The notes under the pieces are model-generated. The model ran no database searches. It was not told where the DNA came from and worked only from the letters and a program-made list of their open reading frames with translations. 64,000 nt of DNA from an uncultured archaeon (lineage in GTDB: Archaea > Asgardarchaeota > Lokiarchaeia > Sigyniarchaeales > SOKP01). Shown one piece after another: positions 51,388 through 61,300 of this stretch; the first letter of the stretch is position 1; the number at the start of each line of letters is the position of its first letter. A program made the translations under genes and the position numbers. The stretch spans positions 1 through 64,000 of the forward strand of contig CAZALK010000021.1 in NCBI GenBank assembly GCA_964486045.1. Reading direction: 5' to 3'.

Positions 51388-52578
51388 ATGATAGAATTTA
51401 CAGAAGAGCAAGAATTAATACGAGAAAGTGTAAAAGAATTTGCTCAAAAGAAAATTGCTCCAATCGCACTTGACATGGAGAAGAACAAAAAAATACCAGA
51501 TGATATTATCAAAGGTATGGCAGAATTAGGTTTACTTGCATGTACAGCTGATCCTGCTTATGGTGGCTCTGGATTAAATGCCGTTACTGCTGGAGTAATA
51601 GCCGAAGAATTAGCTAAAGGAGACTGTACTGGTTCAACATGCGTATTTTACTTAGTTCAAGCCGCATGGGGATATCTACTTAACAAATATGGCACCGAGG
51701 AAGCTAAAAAAGAAATATTTCCAAAGGCAACTAGCGGTGATTGGTTTCTCGGAATAGCTACAACAGAAAGTGGCGGTGGTACTGATGTTGTTGGGGGAAA
51801 GACTACCATAAAGAAAGATGGGGATTCATTTATTGTTAATGGAGAAAAAATGTATATTAGTGGTGTTAGAGAAGCTGTAACCAATGGTGGAGGGCACATT
51901 ACTATTGCTCATCAATCTCCGGAGTTGGGTTCAAGGGGTATGACGGTATTCTACCTACCTTTAACAGTTGAAGGAATTACACCTACCTACATTGATGATT
52001 TAGGTCGAGAAGGAATCTCTTGTGGTGGGTTTTCAATTGATAACGTAAAAATCCCTCAACATTATATACTCGGTGAAGAAAATAAGGGTTTCTATATTAT
52101 CCATGAAGGGTATGAATATGCGAGAGCTTTGATTGCAGTTATTTGCGCTGCTGCTGGATTGAAATCACTAGAAAATGGAATGAATTATGTGAAAGAAAGA
52201 AAGGTGTTTGGAAAACCTTTGGCAAAATTCCAAGAAATAAACTTTAGATTAGCAGAACACTATACAAAGTTAGAAATGCTGAAAAGGTTGGGCTATGAAG
52301 CGTTAAGAGCTATTGATTTGGAACAAGAAGGAAAAGGAAATAGGTTTGAAACAAGTAAAATTGTAGCAATGTCAAAAATGTTTGCTTCTGATTGGGCCTG
52401 TGAAGCAATTAACGATGTTATTCAATGGCAAGGAGCTTTTGGATATTCTAGAGAATGCCCTGATCAAGCAGCTTGGCGAGCTGTTAGGTCGTTTTCATTA
52501 GCTGAAGGCACGCGTGAAGTTATGAAAATGATTGTAGCAAGAGAGCTTCTTGGAAAGGAATTGACATCATATAAATAA
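51388..52578 (+). CDS. Acyl-CoA dehydrogenase
   Basis: TESGGGTD, NGEKMYIS, RKVFGKPL..FQ, GAFGYS, EGT. Confidence 0.93.
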   Translation: MIEFTEEQELIRESVKEFAQKKIAPIALDMEKNKKIPDDIIKGMAELGLLACTADPAYGGSGLNAVTAGVIAEELAKGDCTGSTCVFYLVQAAWGYLLNKYGTEEAKKEIFPKATSGDWFLGIATTESGGGTDVVGGKTTIKKDGDSFIVNGEKMYISGVREAVTNGGGHITIAHQSPELGSRGMTVFYLPLTVEGITPTYIDDLGREGISCGGFSIDNVKIPQHYILGEENKGFYIIHEGYEYARALIAVICAAAGLKSLENGMNYVKERKVFGKPLAKFQEINFRLAEHYTKLEMLKRLGYEALRAIDLEQEGKGNRFETSKIVAMSKMFASDWACEAINDVIQWQGAFGYSRECPDQAAWRAVRSFSLAEGTREVMKMIVARELLGKELTSYK

Positions 52579-52664
52579 TATCAATAACTTTTTTTTATAT
52601 TTTTAATAGTATTTAAATTAATCTTGAAAAGATTAAGTGTTTCTAAAAAGAAATTTTCATAATT

Positions 52665-53450
52665 ATGAGATTTATTGTATGTGTTAAGCAAGTTCCTGAA
52701 ACAAACGACCTTAAATTTGATCCAGATACAAATAAAGTATTGCAAGAAGGAGTGTCAACAATTATCAACCCGTTCGACCAGTTTATTTTAGAGGAAGCAA
52801 TTAAAATAAAACAGGAAGGAGATGAAATTATTGCCATTTCTATTGGGGATGCTGAGACAAAAAGTACATTAATGAGATGTTTTGCATTAGGTGCGGATAA
52901 GGGGATCCTACTAGATGATGATAATTTTCAGAATTCCGATACTTTTGCTACAGCTAATATCCTAGCAACTACGATAAATAAAATCGGTGAGTATAATATT
53001 ATTTTTTGTGGGAATTCATCTTTTGACACTGGATCAAGCCAGGTTGGGCCTGAATTAGCTGCAATATTAAATATTCCTCAGGTAACCTATGCCGAAAGCG
53101 TTGAGAATGTTGAAAATGGGAAGATAAAAATAAAAACCCAAACAGATGAGGGTTATAGGATAATAGAAGCAGAGCTTCCATTAGTTATTGCTGGGATTCC
53201 ACCTTCGTCATTTCAACCTCGCATCCCACCATTACCAAAAATATTAGCTGCTCGGAAGAAACCATTTGAAGTTTGGAAATTGGAGGACATCGAAGCTGAC
53301 AAAACTAAATTTGGTTCAGATGGATCGTTAATCAAGATAATTAAACTTTATAAACCCCTGAAGCGAGAAGAAGGGATAATTATTACCGATGAACCACAAA
53401 CCGCTGTAGAGAAGTTAATGGATTTATTAGGCAAGGATAAGGTGATCTAA
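52665..53450 (+). CDS. etfB: Electron transfer flavoprotein beta subunit
   Basis: VCVKQVP, INPFD, ALGAD, DTFATA, SQVGP. Confidence 0.95.
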   Translation: MRFIVCVKQVPETNDLKFDPDTNKVLQEGVSTIINPFDQFILEEAIKIKQEGDEIIAISIGDAETKSTLMRCFALGADKGILLDDDNFQNSDTFATANILATTINKIGEYNIIFCGNSSFDTGSSQVGPELAAILNIPQVTYAESVENVENGKIKIKTQTDEGYRIIEAELPLVIAGIPPSSFQPRIPPLPKILAARKKPFEVWKLEDIEADKTKFGSDGSLIKIIKLYKPLKREEGIIITDEPQTAVEKLMDLLGKDKVI

Positions 53451-54454
53451 TTATCACAAAAAGTAAAGATATTTGGGTATATGTAGAAATTAAGAAATCA
53501 AATATTAGGGGAGTTACCTTTGAATTATTGGGGAAGGCTAAAGAATTAGCAGAAAATTCTGTCAATAAAGTATGTATGATTATTCTTGGAAGAGATTGTT
53601 CAAGGTTCTGTGAAGAACTTTCTTATCATAATATAGATAAAATATATTTATGTGAAAATGAAATATTGGAGGATTACCTAACTGAAACATATTCTCCTAT
53701 TCTAATTAACCTAATTAAAAAATATACACCAAATATACTATTATTTCCAGCAACCAAAATTGGGAGAGATTTAGCTCCAAGAGTTGCAGCATCATTGGAA
53801 ACAGGCTTAACAGCAGACTGTGTTGACTTGAAAGTTCAAGATGGAAATTTAGTGCAGACTCGTTCTGTTTATGGTGGTAATTACTTAGCAGATATAATCT
53901 GCCCAGACAGAAGACCTCAAATCACATCAGTAAGACCAAATGTTATGGAAAAATCTGAACCAACTGAGAAGAATCAACCTGAAATTATAAATTTTCCATT
54001 GGAATTAGATTTAGACCAGCTTAAAACAAGAGTAATTGAAGAAATCAAAACAACAACATTAGATGTAAAACCTATTGATGAAGCTGATATTATCGTATCT
54101 GGGGGTAGGGGTATCGGGAGTAAAGAAAATTTTAGATTAATTGAGGAATTAGCAGAAGTATTAAATGCAGCAGTTGGTGCTAGCAGAGCATCTGTAGATG
54201 CAGGATGGATTTCAAAATCATGTCAAGTGGGACAAAGTGGTACAGTAGTTTGCCCTAACATCTATATAGCATGTGGTATATCAGGAACAACTCAACATTT
54301 AGTAGGTATGAGGAGTAGTAAGAGGATTATTGCCATAAACAAGGACCCCAATGCTCCTATATTTGATGTGTGTGATTATGGTATTGTAGGTGACTTCAAA
54401 GTTATTGTCCCCCTATTAACTGAAGGTTTTAGAAAAAAATTAGCCAAAGATTAA
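53450..54454 (+). CDS. etfA: Electron transfer flavoprotein alpha subunit
   Basis: GRDLAPRVA, GLTADC, VSGGRG, GASRA, QVGQSG, GISG..QH. Frame extends 26 codons upstream of the track start (DIWVYVE) to ATT at 53450, after a GGTGA SD. Confidence 0.93.
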   Translation: MITKSKDIWVYVEIKKSNIRGVTFELLGKAKELAENSVNKVCMIILGRDCSRFCEELSYHNIDKIYLCENEILEDYLTETYSPILINLIKKYTPNILLFPATKIGRDLAPRVAASLETGLTADCVDLKVQDGNLVQTRSVYGGNYLADIICPDRRPQITSVRPNVMEKSEPTEKNQPEIINFPLELDLDQLKTRVIEEIKTTTLDVKPIDEADIIVSGGRGIGSKENFRLIEELAEVLNAAVGASRASVDAGWISKSCQVGQSGTVVCPNIYIACGISGTTQHLVGMRSSKRIIAINKDPNAPIFDVCDYGIVGDFKVIVPLLTEGFRKKLAKD

Positions 54455-54480
54455 TTCAGATATTACTAAATCTAATTAAA

Positions 54481-55713
54481 TTGTTTATTATGAATAAAGT
54501 TGCTATCATAGGGGTTGGACATACTAAATTTGGCCGAATAGAAGATAAAGGATTGATAGATTTATTATCTGAAGCATCTTTAGGTGCGTTAGAAGATTCT
54601 AACACTAATGATATAGATTTTGATTCTGTTTTTGTGGGATGTATGGGTTCAGATGCATTTAATCAAATTACTGGGGTTGCTAGTGCTCTCGTAGATAGAA
54701 TTAATCTAATTCCCGCTGCCGCAGATCAGATTAAAAATGGCCCTGCAAGTGGTGGCTCAGCTGTTAAGGCAGGTTTTCAAGCAATTGCATCGGGAATGAG
54801 TGATTTAGTATTAGTCGTGGGAGGTGAAAAAATGACCCATATTAAGACACCTGGGTTTATTACTTCATATGTGGCTACTATTACCCATCATCAAGCTGAA
54901 AGACGTCATGGAGTTTCAATTCCCTCACTAACAGGAATGTTGATGAGAACTTATATTGAAAGGTATAACGCAAAACTTGATTGGTTTTCAGACATCGTAA
55001 TAAAAAATCATAAGAATGGTGCTTCAAATCGGTTTGCTCACTTCCAAAGGACTATCGAAGATTTTATGAAAAATAGCATTCAGAAAGGAAAAGGAAATTG
55101 GGAAAATGTTTATGATTTCTTAACTGATGATAAGGTTAATCCAATAATTGCTGATCCCATAAGACTTTTTAATAGCTGTCCTATCTCAGATGGAGCTGCC
55201 GCGTTAGTACTATGTAATGCTGATATAGCGAAGAAATATTGTGATACTCCTATATTAATTTCTGGTATTGGTCAAGCAACAGATACGCATATCCTTTATG
55301 AACGCGATGATATTTTAACGTTAAAAGCTTTGAGAATTTGTTCCGATAAAGCATATCGGATGGCAAAAAAGTCAGCTCAAGACATAGATGTATGTGAAGT
55401 ACATGATGCGTTTACCATATTAGAAGTCATCCAAAGTGAAGATTTGGGATTTTTCAAAAAGGGTGAAGGTGCTAAGGCTGCGCATGAAGGTTTAACGGAA
55501 ATTGGTGGTAAAATTCCAATCAATCCATCCGGAGGCTTGAAAGCTCGAGGACATCCTTTAGGTGCTACTGGTGTAGCTCAAGTTGTTGAGTTGGTATGGC
55601 AATTGAGAGGAGAAGCGGGTAAGAGACAAGTAGATGGTGCGCAATCAGGAATAACTTGTAATTTCGGAGGATTCGGCAACAATATTATCTCCATACTCGT
55701 AGAAAGGCTATAA
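54481..55713 (+). CDS. SCP2/archaeal-type thiolase-family protein lacking the N-terminal catalytic Cys
   Basis: SDGAAA, EVHDAF, NPSGGLKARGHPLGATG; NGPASG where ACASG is typical; probable start at 54490. Confidence 0.88.
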   Translation: MFIMNKVAIIGVGHTKFGRIEDKGLIDLLSEASLGALEDSNTNDIDFDSVFVGCMGSDAFNQITGVASALVDRINLIPAAADQIKNGPASGGSAVKAGFQAIASGMSDLVLVVGGEKMTHIKTPGFITSYVATITHHQAERRHGVSIPSLTGMLMRTYIERYNAKLDWFSDIVIKNHKNGASNRFAHFQRTIEDFMKNSIQKGKGNWENVYDFLTDDKVNPIIADPIRLFNSCPISDGAAALVLCNADIAKKYCDTPILISGIGQATDTHILYERDDILTLKALRICSDKAYRMAKKSAQDIDVCEVHDAFTILEVIQSEDLGFFKKGEGAKAAHEGLTEIGGKIPINPSGGLKARGHPLGATGVAQVVELVWQLRGEAGKRQVDGAQSGITCNFGGFGNNIISILVERL

Positions 55714-56460
55714 AATTCTTTTTATTCTTGTTAAGTCATCAATCGTTAAATTTAAAGTATTATCACCTTTCCTAAATTGCATTACTCCCTCATGATTAAT
55801 TCCTTTACAAAAATATCTCTTTGAATCATCAAGAATGACTTCCCTTTCATAAATTCTCAAATATTGATTATATTCCTGGATTAATTGTTGAGTTTCTTTT
55901 TCATTGTGTTCCGTAATTGGTGAAAAGTAGTGCTTTACGCGAGAACGTATCTGTTGAGCAAATTGATCTAACGAAACTTCTTTTTTTATTATGTCTTTGA
56001 TGGATATTGTAATCGATTTTAGATTATTTGGCATCGCATTACTTGAGTTATTTAAATTTACTCCCATTCCAATCAAAAGATAATTTCTTCGAGGACTTAC
56101 AATATAATCAATTAGGATTCCTGCAAGTTTTTTATTTTCATACAATAAATCATTTGGCCACTTAATTTGAACTACTAAATTATATTCCTCTTTAATAACT
56201 CGTGTTAGCATGATAGCAGTAAAATAATGAAATAGAGCTAATTGTGATTTATTTAAATCTAATGAAATAGAAATTCCAAGAGTTGCCCAAAATCCCCCCT
56301 CCGGGGAAACCCAATCATCTTCTCTCCTTCCACGCCCTTTAGTTTGGATTTTAGCAATTAATAATATTGATGGGTAATAATCATTTTTTAGGTATTCAAC
56401 TACAGCATCTTGGGTAGAGCTTGTTTTATCAATGTGAATAATCTTTATTTTAGAAAGCAT
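55708..56460 (-). CDS. birA: Biotin-protein ligase (no N-terminal HTH)
   Basis: SSTQ, QTKGRGR, WVSP, IKWPND, KKLAGIL, GMGVN. Confidence 0.93.
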   Translation of the reverse strand: MLSKIKIIHIDKTSSTQDAVVEYLKNDYYPSILLIAKIQTKGRGRREDDWVSPEGGFWATLGISISLDLNKSQLALFHYFTAIMLTRVIKEEYNLVVQIKWPNDLLYENKKLAGILIDYIVSPRRNYLLIGMGVNLNNSSNAMPNNLKSITISIKDIIKKEVSLDQFAQQIRSRVKHYFSPITEHNEKETQQLIQEYNQYLRIYEREVILDDSKRYFCKGINHEGVMQFRKGDNTLNLTIDDLTRIKRIL

Positions 56461-56783
56461 TTCAAATCGAATTTATTGTACAAGTTATTAATTAATTAGC
56501 TAGTTATTATTGAAAAGTGTATCCATTTAAATATCTTTAACTTTCAAATCTCAACATCATAAACATTTTTGCTTAAACTTGAAACTCCCTTATTCTACAA
56601 TATTTTTTTTTATTTTTTTCCAAACGATTATCTCGGTCATTGAACTTAATAAAAATCCGAGGAAATTTTAATAAAGCCATGTAAAATTTAATACTTTTGA
56701 TAGTGTGTTATCATGTAAAAATTTTATAAATTAATCTTTGATAAAAATAATAATTTGTTTAATTAAATAGTTGAAGAATTAAG

Positions 56784-58355
56784 ATGATTCTAAAAGATAA
56801 CGAGTCAAAAGACAACTTCAAAATTACTGAAAAACTGCAAGAGTTGAGAGAAGAATCCCGAATTGGAGGCGGAAAAGAACGTATTGATACTCAACATAAG
56901 AAAGGTAAGCTAACAGCTCGAGAAAGGATTGAATTGTTAGTAGACTATGAGTCATTTATCGAAATTGGCTCGTTGGTTAAGCATCGCTCCTACAAATTTG
57001 GATTAGAGAATAAAAGATTTCTTGGAGATGGAGTTGTCACTGGTTATGGAACAATAAATGGCCGAAAAGTGTTCATTTATAGCCAAGATTTTACAGTACT
57101 TGGTGGAACTATTGGAAAAGCTCATGCTCAAAAAATATGCAAAATTATGGATTTAGCATTAAAAATGGGATGTCCTGTGATCGGTCTAATAGATTCGGGA
57201 GGTGCTCGGATCCAAGAAGGCGTTGATGCATTAGATGGATTAGGAGATATATTTTATCGAAATGTACAGGCATCAGGAATTATTCCTCAAATATCTGTAG
57301 TTTTAGGTACTTCTGCTGGAGGAGCTGCCTATAGTCCAGCATTAACCGATTTTCTTATTATGGGTGGAAAAAACGCCTTTATGTTTATCACAGGACCTCA
57401 AGTGGTTAAATCAGTAACGGGAGAAGATGTGTCATTTTTGGGATTAGGAGGCCCTGAAATTCACTCAACAATTTCTGGTGTTTGTCACAGAGTTGCGGAT
57501 ACTGAAGAAGAAGCACTAGAACTCGTTAGGAAATTATTAACTTACTTGCCATCAAATAATTTAGATGATCCCCCGTCCCCTTTAGAAAAATTTAATGCAA
57601 TGGATCCTTATCTATTAAATAAAGTTGTGCCCGAAAGTGAAAATGAACCGTATGATATGGAAACATTAATTAATTTAGTTGTTGATCAAGAATCATTCTT
57701 CGAAATTTTCCCTAATTGGGCTAAAAATATCGTTATTGGGTTTGGAAGGATAGAGAATCAAACAGTGGGTATTATTGCTAACCAACCGCTATATCTAAGT
57801 GGTGCAATTGATTATAATGCATCTGATAAAGCCGCTAGGTTTATTCGATTTTGTGATTCATTCAATATTCCTCTAATAACACTTGTTGATGTTCCGGGAT
57901 TTATACCAGGGATAAAACAAGAAAATTCAGGAATTATCAGACACGGCGCCAAATTAATTTATGCTTATTCTGAGGCAACTGTAGTAAAAATTACGGTAAT
58001 TATCCGTAAAGCTTATGGAGGAGCATATATTGTAATGAACTCAAAACAGTTAGGTTCAGATATCAATTTAGCTTGGAATTCTGCTCAAATTGCTGTTATG
58101 GGTGCAGAAGGAGCTTGCAAAATTCTTTTTCGAAATCATTTAAAGGAGACAGAAGATCCTGATAAAATGTTAAAAGAATTCACAGAAGAATACAGGAAAG
58201 AATTTTCTAATCCATATCATGTAGCTGAAAAGGGACAAATAGACAAAGTAATTTTTCCACATGAGACTCGTCTTGAAATCGTTAAAAGCTTGAAATTTTT
58301 TGAAACAAAACGTGATCAGTCTCCTAAGCGAAAACACGGGATTTCTCCTGTTTAA
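56784..58355 (+). CDS. Acyl-CoA carboxylase carboxyltransferase subunit (PccB/AccD-like)
   Basis: GKLTARERI, QDFTVLGG, DSGGARIQEG, DVPGF, RKAYGGAY, KHG..P. Confidence 0.95.
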   Translation: MILKDNESKDNFKITEKLQELREESRIGGGKERIDTQHKKGKLTARERIELLVDYESFIEIGSLVKHRSYKFGLENKRFLGDGVVTGYGTINGRKVFIYSQDFTVLGGTIGKAHAQKICKIMDLALKMGCPVIGLIDSGGARIQEGVDALDGLGDIFYRNVQASGIIPQISVVLGTSAGGAAYSPALTDFLIMGGKNAFMFITGPQVVKSVTGEDVSFLGLGGPEIHSTISGVCHRVADTEEEALELVRKLLTYLPSNNLDDPPSPLEKFNAMDPYLLNKVVPESENEPYDMETLINLVVDQESFFEIFPNWAKNIVIGFGRIENQTVGIIANQPLYLSGAIDYNASDKAARFIRFCDSFNIPLITLVDVPGFIPGIKQENSGIIRHGAKLIYAYSEATVVKITVIIRKAYGGAYIVMNSKQLGSDINLAWNSAQIAVMGAEGACKILFRNHLKETEDPDKMLKEFTEEYRKEFSNPYHVAEKGQIDKVIFPHETRLEIVKSLKFFETKRDQSPKRKHGISPV

Positions 58356-58376
58356 TATTTATAATTGTTGATTTTT

Positions 58377-61300
58377 ATGAAGAAGAGAAAAGATGTTTTA
58401 GATATTTTAGGCAAGGGAAGGATTCCCATATGGGGTTATTCGCCAAAGGGTATAACTGATCCTGCACTTTCAATTGAAATTTGCCGAATGGGAGGTGTTG
58501 GTTTAGTTGATCTTGAAGGATTGAACATAAATCAATGCCAAACACTTCTTAATAAGTGTTTTACGTTAATGTCTTCTGATCATTTATGGGGAATTAGAGT
58601 ATCTACCAATGAAATTCTTAATTATCTTGAATTTCAAGATGTGGTCCCAATTATTATCTGTGCGTTTTCACCAGATTCAAAAGATATTGCAAAGTTGAAA
58701 AAAACCTCAAATTTACTCCTTTCTGAAGTTTCTTATTTAGAAGAAGCTTATAAAAATGCAGATTGGGCTGAATTATTTCTTGTAAAAGGAAGTGAAGCAG
58801 GGGGAATGGTTGGTGTAAAAAATAGCTTTATTCTTATTCAAGAATTTTTTAAAGCTGGACTCTCTTTTGTAATCCAAGGGGGATTTGGAGTATTCAATAT
58901 CTCCTCAGCCTTTATTGGTGGTGCTTTAGGTGTAGTTGTAGAAAGCCAGCTATTTCTTCTTCCTGAATGTCCGCTAAGTCCTGAATTTAAAGATTATATC
59001 AAGACCATTGAAGAGACCGATTTTTACATTTTTAAAGAAACATCACGGTTTAATTACCGTTTAATTGGAAAGTTAGCTAATAAATCTATTCGCTCATTAA
59101 AAGAAATTGAAAAAAAAGAATTTTCAAAACTCAATGAAGAATTCCATGCAGAACTTGGTAACCTAAAAGAGAAGCTTAAAACGAAAATAAATGAACTCGC
59201 AAATAATCAGAAAATTTATTCTGATCTTGAACCAAAACATTCTTGGCTACCTAGCGACCAAGGTATTACTTTTGCGAAATTTATTCTCGATTCGTTCAAT
59301 AATTTAGAAAATTTTTTACAGAGTATACCAAAGATAATTCAGAAACAGTTAGAAAGTGTTAAGGAACGGTGGCCGTTTGCGAAAAATTCTGATTTTGCCA
59401 AGAATTTTAATATCATTTATCCTGTTATTCAAGGTCCGATGGCGAATGTTTCTGATCACATTGCTTTTGCTACAAAAATTGCTGAAAATGGGGCACTTCC
59501 AATATTCGCTCTCGGTGGTTTACTGGAAAATGAAGCTTCTGCTTTATTGAGTGAAGCTAAATCGAGTAAATTATCTGAGACCTCATATGGATCAGGGATC
59601 ATTGGCCTAGAGGCAGTTAAAGCTCGTAGGGAGGAGCATCTTAAGTTAATTTCTAAATTTGGCCCTAAAATCACACTAGTCGCGGCTGGATCCGTCGATT
59701 TAGGTTTACGAGTCAAAAATCTTGGAAATACCGTATTAATTCATACACCCGCTTTATCAATGTTCAAGGATGCCTTAAAAAAACACCTTGATTTTATGAT
59801 TTTAGAAGGGAGTGAGTGTGGAGGTCATTTTGGGATTCTTTCTTCTTTTATTTTATGGGAATGTATTTTGGAATATTTATATATAAGCAAGCAAGAGAGA
59901 AAAGAAAAAGTCAATCTTATTTTCGCCGGTGGTATCATAAATGATATAAGCACCGCGATGCTTGCTGGCATGATTGGAGAGCACCTTGATATTATTAACC
60001 CTGGAATTCAAATGGGTACTGCTTATTTATTGAGTGAAGAGATTGTTAACACTCAAGCATTATCACCAGTTTATCAAGCACTATTATTGAATAATTCATG
60101 TACAACCGTAATTGGAACGAGCGTAAATACTCGTGCAAGAGTAATCCCTTCAGAATTTGCGTTTAATACTATAAAAAATGAAAATTTACGGAAAACTCAA
60201 GGGATTTCTATTTCAGAACGAAAGGAAATGTTCGAAAAAGATAATTTAGGAGCATTAAGAATTGCTACAAAAGCAGAAATTTGGAATGAAAATCACATTG
60301 AAGGAAGTGGTACTACGCAATTTATTCCTACATCTAATAAAAGACAATTAACTGATGGGGCTTTTATGACAGGTGAATCAATTGCACTACAAAAAACATT
60401 AAGAAGCATATCTCAAATTCATTACGATGTCATAGAGGGAGGTAGAAAATCCTTTAATATAAAGGTATCTCAACTTTTTAATGAAATCTTGGAATACAAA
60501 CCAAAGAAAAGTGAAAAAAAAATGGGAAGTGGTGTATCTTTTGGAAAAAAAGTTGCTATTATTGGGTTAGGTGGGATTTTTCCGGATGCTGAAAACATTC
60601 CAAAATTCTGGGAAAATATCAAAAATAAAAAATACTCAATTATAGAAGTTCCAAATGAAAGGTGGGATCCTGAAATATTCTATAATAAAGATCACTCCGT
60701 CCCCGAAAAAACCTACACAAAAATCGGTGGATTTATCAAAAACTTTGAATTCAAGTCAATTAAATATCGCATCCCTCCAAAAATGGCAGAAAGGATGGAT
60801 TTAGTCCAAAAATTGGCTGTTAAAACTGCAGAAGAAGCACTTATCGATGCGGGGTATCCTACTAATGCGAAACAACGGTTACCTATTGCAACTATAGTTG
60901 GTAACTCCTCTGGAGGAGATGCTCAACGTCTCAGTAATAAACGCATAATTTTTAGTGAGATTAAATACAGAATTAACGAAGCTAGTTCTCAAAAGATTCT
61001 AAACCAAGATCAAAAAAATAATCTTCTAAACTTCCTTGAAGAGAAAATTGTAAAACAAATTCCAACGATTAATGAAGATTCCATGCCCGGTGAATTATCA
61101 AATATTATTGCAGGCAGAGTAGCAAATGTATTTAATCTAACAGGCAAGAGTATGTCAATAGACGCTGCTTGTGCTTCAAGTTTAGCTGCTATCGATACTG
61201 CTATTAATGGGTTACTTGTGAAGGATTATGACGCTGTTTTAGTAGGTGGTTCAGATAGTTCAATGGATCCACAGACTTTCATAAAATTCTGTAAAATTGG

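Noticed and set aside
819-53565. Numerous 60-175 aa antisense or nested ORFs in the track (e.g. 819, 7274, 11066, 13389, 15833, 43452, 48404, 51657)
   Set aside because: They lie within or opposite well-supported genes and have no motifs of their own.
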